A DNA stretch of 63,397 nucleotides, counting the filler, from Octopus bimaculoides (Eukaryota): assembly GCF_001194135.2 (NCBI RefSeq). It is 5 parts of 5 records of this genome, joined end to end, with 100 filler letters (N's around TTAATTAATTAA, not from the genome) between each part and the next. Parts side by side here need not be neighbours in the genome. Positions count along the whole stretch, not along the records: positions 24,804 to 38,116 come from NC_068996.1; positions 38,217 to 63,397 come from NC_068994.1; 3 more parts are not named here. One strand, given 5' to 3'. The notes under the pieces are model-generated. The model was not told the DNA's origin. It ran no database searches and saw only the letters and a list, made by a program, of their open reading frames with translations. Positions 34,390 to 47,699 of this stretch are shown piece by piece. Every line of letters begins with the position of its first letter. Position 1 is the first letter of the stretch. Position numbers and translations under genes: made by a program.

Positions 34390-35230
34390 TCCCTATTCTG
34401 GTCATACTCTTCAGAGCGTATCAACATCTGTTGTTGACGATTGCATCTTTCACATTTATTTACCGAAATCTATAATCCGGTTTCTGTAGATTTTATGAGC
34501 TTGAAAAGGCGTTCAGTTTTCAGTAACCAGGCCCCTATTTATAAATCTTTTCTAGGTAAACTGCGTAGATCAGAAATGTGTGGTCTGTGTTATTAACCGA
34601 TTGAATTCATGGACATGCTCTTCTATCCCTGGCTTCTTGGTCGCTGGCATGAATAGAATAGAACTTTCCCGAATTCAATCGATTTTGGGGTAGGGATCTT
34701 CAAGGAATGTCCTAGTTCCATTTGACACTGGCACTTTCGGGAAATCCAGACGATACCTATCATAGAATAGGAAATGCCTGAGGAGAAATGCAAGGCATTT
34801 GCATCTCATTCCCGTCGGTAAGTCCACAAAATTTAATCATGCGTCTAAGATGCCTTTCCGGTCTCCAGTTTTTACAATTTAGCGAGATATGCTCCTAAGA
34901 CATCTGAAAAAATTCTGATCACCCAGCCTCGATCGAAGTATAAGCAGCCACTTGTCTGAAAGCACTGCATTTGCTGATGTCCACGTGATATCTAGAACTA
35001 CGAATTTGTGGACAGGATCCAGGAAGATCGTCGTACCAAGAAATCCAGACTTCTTGAAACAAATTATCTCTACACCTCTAGATTCAGAACGACTAAAAAA
35101 TGTGTATAGCATATAGTCATCGAGGATGGGTGCAAGTACATTCTTGAAACCTTGGTCTTATTGATAGCTGCCACATCTATTCTAAGGTCTGAAGTCGTTG
35201 AGTGATCAACAGTGTTTCCATTATAAGATT
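34390..35230 (-). pseudogene. L1/Tx1-clade ORF2 AP-endonuclease fragment, decayed
   Basis: LRIDVAAINKTK; SRGV; RYRLDFP; YTDH-like segment; GPGY*KLNA (GxWKLN motif following the APE domain); many frameshifts. Confidence 0.75.
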
Positions 35231-35439
35231 TTTACTTCAATAGCACCACATTGGGAAGACAAGGAATTGGGGGAAAAAATTACATAACGTGGTCATGCTG
35301 AAGAAAAACAGATGATCTAGTCTTCATGGCATTCAGAGGTTCCTTGAAGACTCCCCCACCACCGCCACCTGAATTTCTCTGTTTTTTTTTCTTTTGGATA
35401 AATTGTTTTTCGAATTCGGCGAACAATTTTTTTAAATCT

Positions 35440-35660
35440 TTTATCGTTTACTTGTTTCTGTCATTAGACTGCGACCACGCTGGGGCATCACCTTGAAGAA
35501 ATTTTTGTCGAATGAATCAACCTCAGTACTTAATTTTTTAAAGCCTGGTACTTATTCTATCGGTCATTTTTGATGAACCGCTAAGTTACAGGGATGTAAA
35601 CACACCAGCACCGGTTGTCAAGCGATGTGTGTGTGTGTGTATGTGTATGGTGGGGACCGA
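35440..35660 (-). mobile_element. SINE-A 3' half, diverged
   Basis: Homology to 36606-36800. Confidence 0.75.
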
Positions 35661-36236
35661 CATACATCGCGTGTTTTCTGGAACCCCTCTCCCTTTGATT
35701 TAATTTCATTTGTTTATGTTTGTTTTTTGGTTTTTCTATGTAGTTCATTAACACATTGACGTTTTTATCCATAATAATGAGATTAGTGATGTTGAGGTTG
35801 TGATGTTGACATGTCTTTTTTGCTGGTACGACTTTGGTCGTTTCCGGGTTCTTTGGGTGTTGCAGTTGTGAGTTCACGATGACCCGAAGGAGAAACTACC
35901 CCCACAAATTAAAAACCGTTGTTTTTGCTAGTCGCTTGCTCTGTTAGGGATAGCAATCAAACAAGCCATCACATAATATTTCAACAGCAGAACTGACGAC
36001 TTCAATTCCGTTTACATTATTCGAAACAGTTCATTAAAAATCTACTTGAAGGCAATATCACTTGTAGCATATAAAAGATCGGTACCAACAGGAGGCAAAT
36101 TTCACTACAAATTTTATGACCCTAACATTTTAAAAGATGGAATGACACATTCGATAAAACTATCATGTATATCATTTCAAATAAAGACGACGAGGTAGCG
36201 GCTGCAATATATTTCACTTTAGGACTGCTAATCACT

Positions 36237-36503
36237 TGATCACGTGACCGCCTAGGCTATCAGATGTTGTTACACCTCGCTGGTTACAATGCGCTTTTTT
36301 GCAATGTTTTAGCCCTCAAATGACACCACTCCGCTGACTATGCAAGCAGTCTAACATTCCCCGCTGATCGAAAGGGGGAACTGGAGCAACATGAAATGAA
36401 GTGTTTCGCTCAAGAACACAACACACTGCCCAGTCAGGGAATCGAACCCACGGTCTAACGATCATGAGTACAACAACCTAACCACAAGGTCACGTGCTTT
36501 CAC
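36237..36503 (-). mobile_element. tRNA-derived SINE with SINE-D head type 1 and a different 3' part
   Basis: GGTTCGATTCC B box and TGTGTTCTTGAGCGAAACACTTCATTTCATGTTGCTCCAG match 4385-4425; downstream unrelated to 4450-4631. Confidence 0.75.
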
Positions 36504-36605
36504 AGGACTACTAATAGTAAGGGTAAATAAAAACAACGGAATTATCAATTTCACTTGACCTGGTAAACATAGCAACCAAATCTCTCTCCGATCATATTAC
36601 TCTAT

Positions 36606-37004
36606 TACTCTTTTACTTGTTTCAGTCATTTGACTGAGGCCATGCTGGAGCACCGCCTTTAGTCGAGCAAATCGACCCCAGGACTTATTCTTTGTAAGCC
36701 TAGTACTTATTTTATCGGTCCATTTGGCCGAACCGCTAAGTTACGGGAACGTAAACACACCAGCATCGGTTGTCAAGTGATGTTGACGGATGGGGACAAA
36801 CACAAACACGCAAACACACACACATATACATATACATATATACGACGGGCTTCTTTCAGTTTCCGTCTACCAAATCCACTCACAAGGCTTTGGTCGGCCC
36901 GAGGCTATAGTAGAAGACACTTGCCCAAGGTACCACGCAGTGGGATTGAACCCGGAACCATGTGGTTGGTAGGCAAGCTACTTGCCACACAGTCACTCCT
37001 GCGC
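36606..37004 (-). mobile_element. SINE-A, full length
   Basis: Colinear with 553-942. Confidence 0.93.
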
Positions 37005-37706
37005 TTATTCTACATTTTTGTTTCNNNNNNNNNNNNNNNNNNNNNNNNNNNNNNNNNNNNNNNNNNNNNNNNNNNNNNNNNNNNNNNNNNNNNNNNNNNN
37101 NNNNNNNNNNNNNNNNNNNNNNNNNNNNNNNNNNNNNNNNNNNNNNNNNNNNNNNNNNNNNNNNNNNNNNNNNNNNNNNNNNNNNNNNNNNNNNNNNNNN
37201 NNNNNNNNNNNNNNNNNNNNNNNNNNNNNNNNNNNNNNNNNNNNNNNNNNNNNNNNNNNNNNNNNNNNNNNNNNNNNNNNNNNNNNNNNNNNNNNNNNNN
37301 NNNNNNNNNNNNNNNNNNNNNNNNNNNNNNNNNNNNNNNNNNNNNNNNNNNNNNNNNNNNNNNNNNNNNNNNNNNNNNNNNNNNNNNNNNNNNNNNNNNN
37401 NNNNNNNNNNNNNNNNNNNNNNNNNNNNNNNNNNNNNNNNNNNNNNNNNNNNNNNNNNNNNNNNNNNNNNNNNNNNNNNNNNNNNNNNNNNNNNNNNNNN
37501 NNNNNNNNNNNNNNNNNNNNNNNNNNNNNNNNNNNNNNNNNNNNNNNNNNNNNNNNNNNNNNNNNNNNNNNNNNNNNNNNNNNNNNNNNNNNNNNNNNNN
37601 NNNNNNNNNNNNNNNNNNNNNNNNNNNNNNNNNNNNNNNNNNNNNNNNNNNNNNNNNNNNNNNNNNNNNNNNNNNNNNNNGTATTTGTGTGTGTATGAAT
37701 GTATTT

Positions 37707-37759
<53 letters not shown>

Positions 37760-38083
37760 AGCACATACACACACACGCACGCACGCACGCACACAAACAC
37801 ACACACATTCGGATTGTATGCTTGTTGGTTCATGATTGTTTTTGTTTGAATACACACGACCTTAAACACACATACACATACCAGTATGCGAGAGTCTGTG
37901 TGTGAGGGCATATATGGCATGTATGTATGTATGTATGTATATATGTATGTATATATATCTTTATCAATGTATGTGTTTGTGATTTTTTATGCCTGTTTAT
38001 ATACGTGTTTCGGACATGTATTCATAAAGATACATGCACATACATTTACATGCATATATATGTGTGTGTGTATGTACGTGTAA

Positions 38084-38116
<33 letters not shown>

Positions 38117-38523
38117 NNNNNNNNNNNNNNNNNNNNNNNNNNNNNNNNNNNNNNNNNNNNTTAATTAATTAANNNNNNNNNNNNNNNNNNNNNNNNNNNN
38201 NNNNNNNNNNNNNNNNTATATATATATATATATGTATGTATGTATATACTCACATATATACGTAGATAGATACACACATATATATGTATGTGTGTGTGTG
38301 TGAGTGCATCTTATGCGTGTATGTATGTGTGTATGTGTCTAAATGTGTGATGTATGTGTGCGTGCTGATGTGGTTGTATGAGTGTGTGCTTAGATGCGTG
38401 CGTTTTGGGAATTGTTGAAAAAATATTATTCTGAACAAAAATTACTATAATGTTAAACTGTGATAAATGAATTATAAGCAAATACCACATCCACATAGAC
38501 ACATATCAATGAACGTATACGTG

Positions 38524-38581
<58 letters not shown>

Positions 38582-39424
38582 ATATGTATATATATATATA
38601 TGTACGTATGTATACTTGTGTATACGAGCATATATGTATATGTGTATGTATATATATGTATATATGTTTGAGAGTAGACATTAATATACCTCTCTCCCTC
38701 TCTATATATAAATATATGTGCGTGTGTGTGTGTGTGTGTGTGTGAGAATGGAGAAGATGATGAATGTACGAGCGTGCGGTATATCGTTTCAAAAGTTAAA
38801 GAATTTAGAGAAAAGTAATAGTTAAAAAAGTTTGTGTGAAATTTCCCATCAAAATAACTCAGAGAATATATATAGAAGAAACGTCACATTCGTCTTTCAG
38901 TTGATGTTTTAGGGTTTGTACTCCCAAGAAATCAAGAATTATGGCTGTCTTTTGCGGAACCGACCTTTTCGAACGTATCGTAATGTTTATTATTACAGAC
39001 GCTATAAATTCTTAATCTACCTATATTCATTTTAAATCGATTAAAAGAGTATGAAGAAGAAAAAGAAAATGAAGAAGAAGAAGAAGAAGAAGAAGAAGAA
39101 GAAGAAGAAGAAGAAGAAGAAGAAGAAGANNNNNNNNNNNNNNNNNNNNNNNNNNNNNNNNNNNNNNNNNNNNNNNNNNNNNNNNNNNNNNNNNNNNNNN
39201 NNNNNNNNNNNNNNNNNNNNNNNNNNNNNNNNNNNNNNNNNNNNNNNNNNNNNNNNNNNNNNNNNNNNNNNNNNNNNNNNNNNNNNNNNNNNNNNNNNNN
39301 NNNNNNNNNNNNNNNNNAGAAGAAGAAGAAGAAGAAGAAGAAGAAGAAGAAGAAGAAGAAGAAGAAGAAGAAGAAGAAGAAGATCATAGTATTTACATGT
39401 TATTGTTTTAAAGTAAACTACTAA

Positions 39425-39695
39425 TTTTATCGAACCTGTTGGCCGAATCGCTGGGCTATAGTCTCGTAAACAAACCAGCTGCGGTTTTCAATAGTTGAAC
39501 GGGGACAAATGCAACACACATACACACACATACTCACAAACACACAAACATTCGACGGGCTTCCGCACATTTCCGTCTATTAATTCCCTTACATTGTATT
39601 GCTCGGCTCGAAGATGCAGTAGAAGAAGCTCTGGAGCAGTGGGACTAAACGACAGACCACGTGGTTGCAGAACGAGCTTTGTACTCACATAGCCA
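39425..39695 (-). mobile_element. SINE-A, old and diverged
   Basis: GACGGGCTTC..TTTCCGTCTA, GGGGACAAA and ACCACGTGGTTG blocks retained. Confidence 0.6.
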
Positions 39696-40199
39696 AACTG
39701 TACCAATGGCAAACGTATCTAAGAACATTAACATAGTTTGTGCATATTTGTTGCTTCTGCGTATCAGTCTCCAGACAGCCATGCTGTCTTTTTTCTAGAT
39801 TTGAAACAATGTACATACTTCTTCGACAGGTGGTTTTGTATGTATTGTCTTTTAGTTCCATCCGCATACTTGCAGTCTTTTTGTGATGCATAATCGCCTT
39901 CGATATGCATTTCCTTGCATGTTCAGTGTATTTCTTCAATAACTACAACCAGACTTACATGATTTAGTGCATTTCTTCAATAACAACAATCAGACAGAGT
40001 GGTGTATTATTTTGGCAGTTTTAGTTATGATGAATGAGTTAGATGCACATATGATCTAACCAGCTGTAGCTAGTCTTTACGATGATGTATTTAAGAGTAT
40101 GAGCACCCGTGTTTTCATGGCGTAGTAATTGAATACCTAGAGACAAGTGGTTCCTCCTTCATAAGATAATAACGTGAGATAATGGGAGCAAGGAGTGCC

Positions 40200-40430
40200 G
40201 TACGTTTTCTGAAATACGTCAAAAAACAATATAAGATAAAGAGTACAAATTGCAAACAAAATACACATCAGTGGGATTGGCAGCAGACATAATTCCAATA
40301 GCAATTCAAGTAATACACAGAAATACTGAAATATACATGAGAAAAGTTCCAGAATACTCGCACACCTATAGAACAGAGAAAATAATTTAGCTACTAGATG
40401 CTGCATATAAACCGCAGACAGAGTAATTTC
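40200..40430 (+). pseudogene. Very decayed R4-type C-terminal fragment
   Basis: IIPIAIQVIHRNTEIYMRKVP..KII*LLDAAY resembles TIPIVIGTLG..QKIVLMGTAH at 33440-33590. Confidence 0.35.
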
Positions 40431-40744
40431 AATATATTAAAACGGAGAGAATCATCGTTCACAATAAAGCTCTACATAGTTTTCCGATGATAGCATGCAA
40501 TTACTATAAATCTACCGAAATAATAAAGTTAGTGATAAGAAGAAAGTTTACTGATTTAGGCACAAAGCCAGCAATATCTGTAGAAATGAATAATCAATGA
40601 TATCCATCCAGATATTAAACTGATACTATAAATAGTGAAGCTTTGTGGGATAGAAGACAGACAGAAGTCTAGTAGGAATTAGACTTAGGTTGAAAGGATC
40701 GAGAAGAAATATAAAACAATATTGTTACAAACGTTCTGGTATTT

Positions 40745-41265
40745 GTGCTCAATATATACGCATATATAGAAGACAATGCAGGGGCTGGCAGCAAACTTTG
40801 GAGTCGAGAGCTAACACCTGACCCGAACTGGACGTGATATATGTATGGAAGATACTAGAGGAGCTGGCACCAAACTTTGAGATCGAGAGCTATACGCGAC
40901 CCTGAGCTGGACGTCACTGCACTGTTCCATAGGTCCCAGCTACCTCGTCTAGAGTGAGGAACATGTATCACAATAGCTTGGTATTCAAGGGCCCGCAATT
41001 ATTTAACGCCTTGTCAAATCCTCTGAGGGGTCTTCATGGAGTGGGGGTAGATGCTTTCAAGAAACAAATTGATTTCCTGCAATGCAAGGTCCCGGACGAA
41101 CCAATAACAACGTATGAAACTCAAAAGGGAGCAGCCGCGTTCAATTCCCTCGTCCTTCACTAAAAGCCAATCACATAAGATTGGTAATTGAAAAGGTGAT
41201 TACACTGGCGGTGCTCTAGTATGGCCACAGCCTTGGGGTTGAAACGTATGATATAATAAAAGAAT
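40745..41265 (+). mobile_element. CR1/L2-group LINE 3' end with 3' UTR
   Basis: YVWKILEELAPNF; NSLVFKGPQLFNAL; DAFKKQIDF..VPDEP; AAAFNSL; UTR motif GGCGGTGCTCTAGTATGGCCACAG. Confidence 0.78.
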
Positions 41266-41703
41266 ACAAATAATATATACGTATATATATGCATGTGTGT
41301 GGTGGGGTGCAAAATAAAAATTGCACATATGAAATCGAAGCAAATGTAGTAATCTCACTTCACCAATTTTAACACCATTGTTCATTCTGGAAGCACCATA
41401 CGTTAACATCTGAGCGGACGCAGGAAATAATAAATCATCATTTGTCCAAATCGCTTAGGGGCTACATATAACTAATTAATTAATCAATGCTATCGATTTA
41501 TACGTTATTTATATGTTACTTTTGTAGTAAAACCAGATAGGTGCAATATAACGCTGTGCCGGATTCATTGATTTATTGAGATGAAAATTGTTAAGTTTAA
41601 ACGTATGATTGCATATAAATATGGGCGTGTGTGTGGGTGAGTGTGTGTCTGTCTGTGTGTGCGTGTGCGCGCACGCATAAACACACACACACACACACAC
41701 ATA

Positions 41704-41761
<58 letters not shown>

Positions 41762-42374
41762 TAACCCACATTCATATTTGAAATATTTCTACTTCATTTG
41801 AAACCTAAGTGATAAATTATACACAAACATATGTGTACACACACATGTACATTCATCTATACACATATATGTATAAATATGTATATATATATATATGCAT
41901 ATATATACCCATGGCGGCGGGCAACTCTGTATACGATTCTGATGATTGCGGTTACATTACAAATCAGGCTGAAGAGGAATAGACAAATGGTAAGAATTTG
42001 TTAAATCCGAAACCGGTTCCTGTTTAAGAATGCTTTTTTAGGTGATTTTAAATATCTTGCCCGCTCACGTTTTGGTATGCTGCTATATTTCATGTTGAGA
42101 ACAATTTAGGTCTTAATAGACACAAGATGTGATCTATTTCTAGCACATTAATTGTCCACGTTAGTGGTCGACGTTATTTTTTTTTAATGTACCTTAATCC
42201 CCTGAGATTGCAGATAATATTTCTGAATCTCTTTGATTCTTTAGATGTGCTGGCCTCCTGATAATTAGTAGATATTAATTAATATATGATTAATTACCAG
42301 ATTTTGTAATTATATATATATGTATATATATGTTTGTATATATATATGTGTGCGTGTAAATATAAGTATGTAAA

Positions 42375-42576
42375 TAGAGAGACAAGGCCTGGAGTTTCTG
42401 GGGAGGGACATAGTCGATTACATCGACCCTCAGCTTTTGACTGGTACTTGATTTATCGACCTCAAAAGGATGGAAGGGAAATTCGACCTCGGCGGATTTT
42501 GAACTCAGAACGGAGCAACGGGCGAAGTACTGCTAGGCATTTAGTCCAGAGTGCTAACGGTTTTGCCAGACCACCT
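42375..42576 (-). mobile_element. SINE-B (tail type 2), diverged
   Basis: Homology to 15856-16075. Confidence 0.8.
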
Positions 42577-42630
<54 letters not shown>

Positions 42631-43959
42631 TATATATGTTCATATAAGTACCTGTGTATATATGTACGTATATATAATGTTTTTACAACATGTATACATA
42701 TATGTATGTATACACACACACACACACACACGTTTTGCACTTGTTACTGCATTTGTCAATGCAAAACACACAAACTGGAATCTTTTTTTGTATGTAGACT
42801 AGAAATTATAATATGTCACGGAGATATTCCTTTCTCTTAGACTTTAAATAATTCAAACTTAAAAACTAAGTTCTCTTCTTTTGTATGTTAGAATGATTCT
42901 GTACTTGAAACACATAGTTAATATCTAAAAGTTCAAATATTCCAGTTGAATCAACATCTCTAACGAACTACACGTGGAAACGTGTCAAAATTCTATTCAG
43001 TTATTTTTATACCACTTATTTCACCAAATATCAAATTGCATGCTTTCCACCTATTAAATGTTTTATATATCTTTGTGTTTAGTGCTCGGGATATATTTCT
43101 TATTCGTACTTTCGTTATCAAATGTTAAAATAGACGCCTTTTTAAATGTTATTAACAGACGCTCAAAATACTACGTTAATTTTTTCAGATTTTAATTTTC
43201 ACCTTACATTTGTTAACGTAAAGAAACTATTTCAACGAATGTTAAAAACTTATAATTTCGTAATTTATTTTAGTCGTTATATAAGTTTCCCAATACTTCA
43301 TTTCGGTAAATGTCGAGAAATTTCATCACAGTTAAGCTTGTACTATTGTTCTTATCGAATTCTTTGTTTCAACTTTTTACGTTAGTTTAATGTGATGTAC
43401 CATTTACGTTCAACATTTATTCTTTCACACTTTGCCTTTTTAATATCATTCTAATTTTAGTTCGTTTAATATTTTAAGGATGTGTACACATGTTTTATGT
43501 ATTGGCTATTCAATCTTTTGTGAAAACTATTTTATGTCTGAGCATGTCAATCTAGCTGCAAATCGAAAATGTGAAAAGTTAATATTTCTAAAATAATTTT
43601 TATGCAATTTTAAAGTGGAATGGCAATCGAAATCGCTTAATGACGGCTTACCGCTCTCGGCACAATTACAGGAAATCGTTAATTGACGTTTGTAGTACTT
43701 AAAATGTTAAAATGTCATATTTATGATGTAACTATGCGTTTTCTTTCTTCTTACTCAACAAATAATGAAGTAATTAAAGATAAATATGAGTTTCTGCTAA
43801 TCAAAAGTTCTTACTTGGAATATCAACTGCCTGCATCAATAAAAAATATATGGCAGAGTGAAGAGCAGCAAAGAAATACATATGAATGAGGAATAAGGCT
43901 TTAGCAAATAATCTCTCTGTTCAACAAAATAATATTCTAAGAATTTTTGTTTACTTATA

Positions 43960-44576
43960 TTTGTTGTACCAGTGTACCAATGTGTCAGACGCTTCCAAAC
44001 TGGCCGACAAAATGTCGATATAGTCGAATGTTCTGGGAGACCCGCAACGAGCAGAACTGAAAAAAGAAAACAATCGCAGAAGTGCATGCAGCTGTCAGAG
44101 GAAATCGTCGAATCACCATCCATGAGGTATCAGAGGATGAGTTACGTTTCAGTTCAGTCCATCATCACTGAGGATTTAGGTATGAGACGCGCGTCTGCCA
44201 GGTTTGTGCCAAAACTCCTTTCAGCTGACCATAAGGACACTCGGACTTCAGTAGCATCGCATCTTCTTGATTGTGTCGAGAACGATAAAACCTTTTTGAA
44301 AACTTTGCCTTTGAGTAAGTATCACTAAGCTTTTGGCAAAATTTGATGCAGATTCTCTGCTCAACTTTCTCTACTCTGTGGTGGTCAATGCGACTATCAC
44401 ACGCTACACACCTTCCTTCCAAGCACTGCTGTAAACAACGGACCTGAGCTACTATGTTAAACCTTAGTGCGCATGCACAACAGAGTACAAGGTCAATATG
44501 TGCCAAGCGGTTTTACTGTCTGTGGTTCAAATACGTTAGTATAGCAACAGTGCGGATAGTTATTGATCAGACCAAG
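43960..44576. mobile_element. Rearranged mariner transposon: 5' end on minus (44310-44576), central transposase segment inverted on plus (43960-44310)
   Basis: Plus: SGRP..LGMRRASARFVPKLL; minus: KVEQRICIKFCQKL; TIR-like CTTGGTCTGATCAATAAC next to TA at 44577-44578. Confidence 0.85.
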
Positions 44577-45125
44577 TATATACTGCGGGTTTCTTGCAAT
44601 TCCTGTCTCCGATCTTGATTTACGAGGTAACGGTCGACCAGAAGCATTATTAGAATACAGATGCCGAATAACCCACGCACCTGTACAGACCGTCTGTACC
44701 TGAAACTACATAACAAATTTCATAACCACACGGCGATATCTGCTATTCACCATTTAATCAATCTTAGCTTACAGACTCTTAGATAAGTATCCTTCTTTCT
44801 ATTTGCTTTTGTGAAAAAGTTTGTCGACACTTTCCTTATTGATGTCTGAGTGACGACGATCATCTATTTTCCTTTTAGCTTTTCATGTAACTTTTCAATA
44901 AAAGACGGTGTGCAAGTGAAAATCTGTGAAGGTATTTCTTTCAGCTTATATGACAAACAAAATACCCAATCAACTACCAATCGGCCCCCTTCAGAGTTTT
45001 ATTACTTTGCCAAAGGAGATTACTATTATTATCTTTTTCTTTCCAGTTATCTGCTTTTGATAACAATTCATATTACTGCCTCCTGGCTGATGTTCATATA
45101 TTGTTTATATATATATATACATACA

Positions 45126-45156
<31 letters not shown>

Positions 45157-46119
45157 GTTATTGATCTTGCACCAAGCAATCAGTTTATATATAACGTATA
45201 TATGTGTGTGTATATATATATATATANNNNNNNNNNNNNNNNNNNNNNNNNNNNNNNNNNNNNNNNNNNNNNNNNNNNNNNNNNNNNNNNNNNNNNNNNN
45301 NNNNNNNNNNNNNNNNNNNNNNNNNNNNNNNNNNNNNNNNNNNNNNNNNNNNNNNNNNNNNNNNNNNNNNNNNNNNNNNNNNNNNNNNNNNNNNNNNNNN
45401 NNNNNNNNNNNNNNNNNNNNNNNNNNNNNNNNNNNNNNNNNNNNNNNNNNNNNNNNNNNNNNNNNNNNNNNNNNNNNNNNNNNNNNNNNNNNNNNNNNNN
45501 NNNNNNNNNNNNNNNNNNNNNNNNNNNNNNNNNNNNNNNNNNNNNNNNNNNNNNNNNNNNNNNNNNNNNNNNNNNNNNNNNNNNNNNNNNNNNNNNNNNN
45601 NNNNNNNNNNNNNNNNNNNNNNNNNNNNNNNNNNNNNNNNNNNNNNNNNNNNNNNNNNNNNNNNNNNNNNNNNNNNNNNNNNNNNNNNNNNNNNNNNNNN
45701 NNNNNNNNNNNNNNNNNNNNNNNNNNNNNNNNNNNNNNNNNNNNNNNNNNNNNNNNNNNNNNNNNNNNNNNNNNNNNNNNNNNNNNNNNNNNNNNNNNNN
45801 NNNNNNNNNNNNNNNNNNNNNNNNNNNNNNNNNNNNNNNNNNNNNNNNNNNNNNNNNNNNNNNNNNNNNNNNNNNNNNNNNNNNNNNNNNNNNNNNNNNN
45901 NNNNNNNNNNNNNNNNNNNNNNNNNNNNNNNNNNNNNNNNNNNNNNNNNNNNNNNNNTATATATATATACATATATATGTATGTATATATAAATGTGTGT
46001 GTGCGTGTGTTAGTATGTATGTGTATTTGTTACATATTCATTATATCCTGCTTAAAGTAATATGTTATAATAAACGGTAGCAAAAATGTTAGCGGAGTGA
46101 CCAGACATAATTGCCATCA

Positions 46120-46363
46120 GCATTAGCGATATTACGTTCATCATCTTCATCACCTGTATTATTAAGTTTATCATCACCATCATCATCATCATCATCTTCA
46201 TCATCATCACCATCATCATCACTATTATCATCATCGTCAATTTCTTATCTGTTTTTGATGTTGGTTTTTGCTGGAGAAGGCAACAATAATAGAAGCGATA
46301 AATAAAAGTTACAACATTGATTCTGATGACGTAGAGAACAATGATGATGATAATGATGATGAC

Positions 46364-46444
<81 letters not shown>

Positions 46445-46445
46445 G
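46120..46445. repeat. (CAT)n...(GAT)n(CAT)n trinucleotide arrays
   Basis: Direct reading. Confidence 0.92.
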
Positions 46446-46914
46446 ATCGTCAGGATTCACTTCATGGGTACAGCTATGAGTATAATGAAAATCAAAGAGT
46501 TGATACCTGTATTAGATGAGAAGCCGGTTACAACTGGTTCTCAAAAATCGTGTAATAAACAATATTATTTCCAATAGTTAGTTATCTTGCTTTTATCACA
46601 TTTTTGATTTTATTTCACTATCTACACATGATTTTGTTCTTTATACATTCACTCACACACAAACATACACACCCACACACGCGTATGTATATATGTGTCG
46701 AAATGTTTGCCTGTATTGTTTTTTATGTTATTTGATTTTAGGCATCGTAAATTAAATTTCTCTGGAAGTAAGAGAGACTTTAACATGTACATTAGATTTC
46801 CTGTTCTCTGTAAAGATTTGAAATTGCTACTTCAAGGATTGAACATGAATATATCTAATGGAACGGGCACACACGTTTCAGCACATTCATATATCTACAT
46901 ACATATATACATAC

Positions 46915-46995
<81 letters not shown>

Positions 46996-46998
46996 TTT

Positions 46999-47030
<32 letters not shown>

Positions 47031-47342
47031 ATGTATGTATATACACTTATATATATGTGCATTTGTTTGAATAAAATATAATCATTCGATGACCAGATTC
47101 ACGTTGTTCTCTTATGATAAGAAGCGTCTACGTCTACAATCGGAATTTAATAGTTCTGAGTGTTTGAAAAGAAAATACTTGAAAATTCAAAATACTTCGG
47201 ACTCGAAACAAACTATCTTAGTTTGGGGATATTGAATGATTTAATGTTTTGATAAGAAAAGATTGTCATCTACTTCGCCGCATTGCGGTCTTAAATTTTC
47301 TGGCATATAAAACGTATCAAATATCTACTGTAAATATATAAG

Positions 47343-47376
<34 letters not shown>

Positions 47377-47699
47377 TACATAAGAAATATGATGGCTTTA
47401 GTTCATTGGTGAGTTTGGTACACAGAGGAAGTGATGTAACTGGTCAAACATTATGTTACAAATCCACCATTTTCTTTTTTCTTCTTAGAGAAATTTATGT
47501 GAACACATCCAGGCAACCCCAACAGATGTTTAAAAATGTTATAAATCAAATTCACTAATAGCTAATTTGAAAAAATTCCTGAAATAATATGAAAATTTTA
47601 ATAAATATTAGGTTTCCTTAATAAAGCACACAACTTCTATAAGAGAAACGCATTTCTATTTGCTGCAAGTATAAAACTAAAAATATAATGTATTCACTG

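Noticed and set aside
34700-34870. Plus-strand MPFGL-like string suggesting Gypsy RT
   Set aside because: The minus strand gives a much longer colinear series of L1/Tx1 endonuclease motifs
39720-39940. KSRKKTAWLS string resembling RTE ORF2
   Set aside because: Only one short motif in heavily disrupted frames
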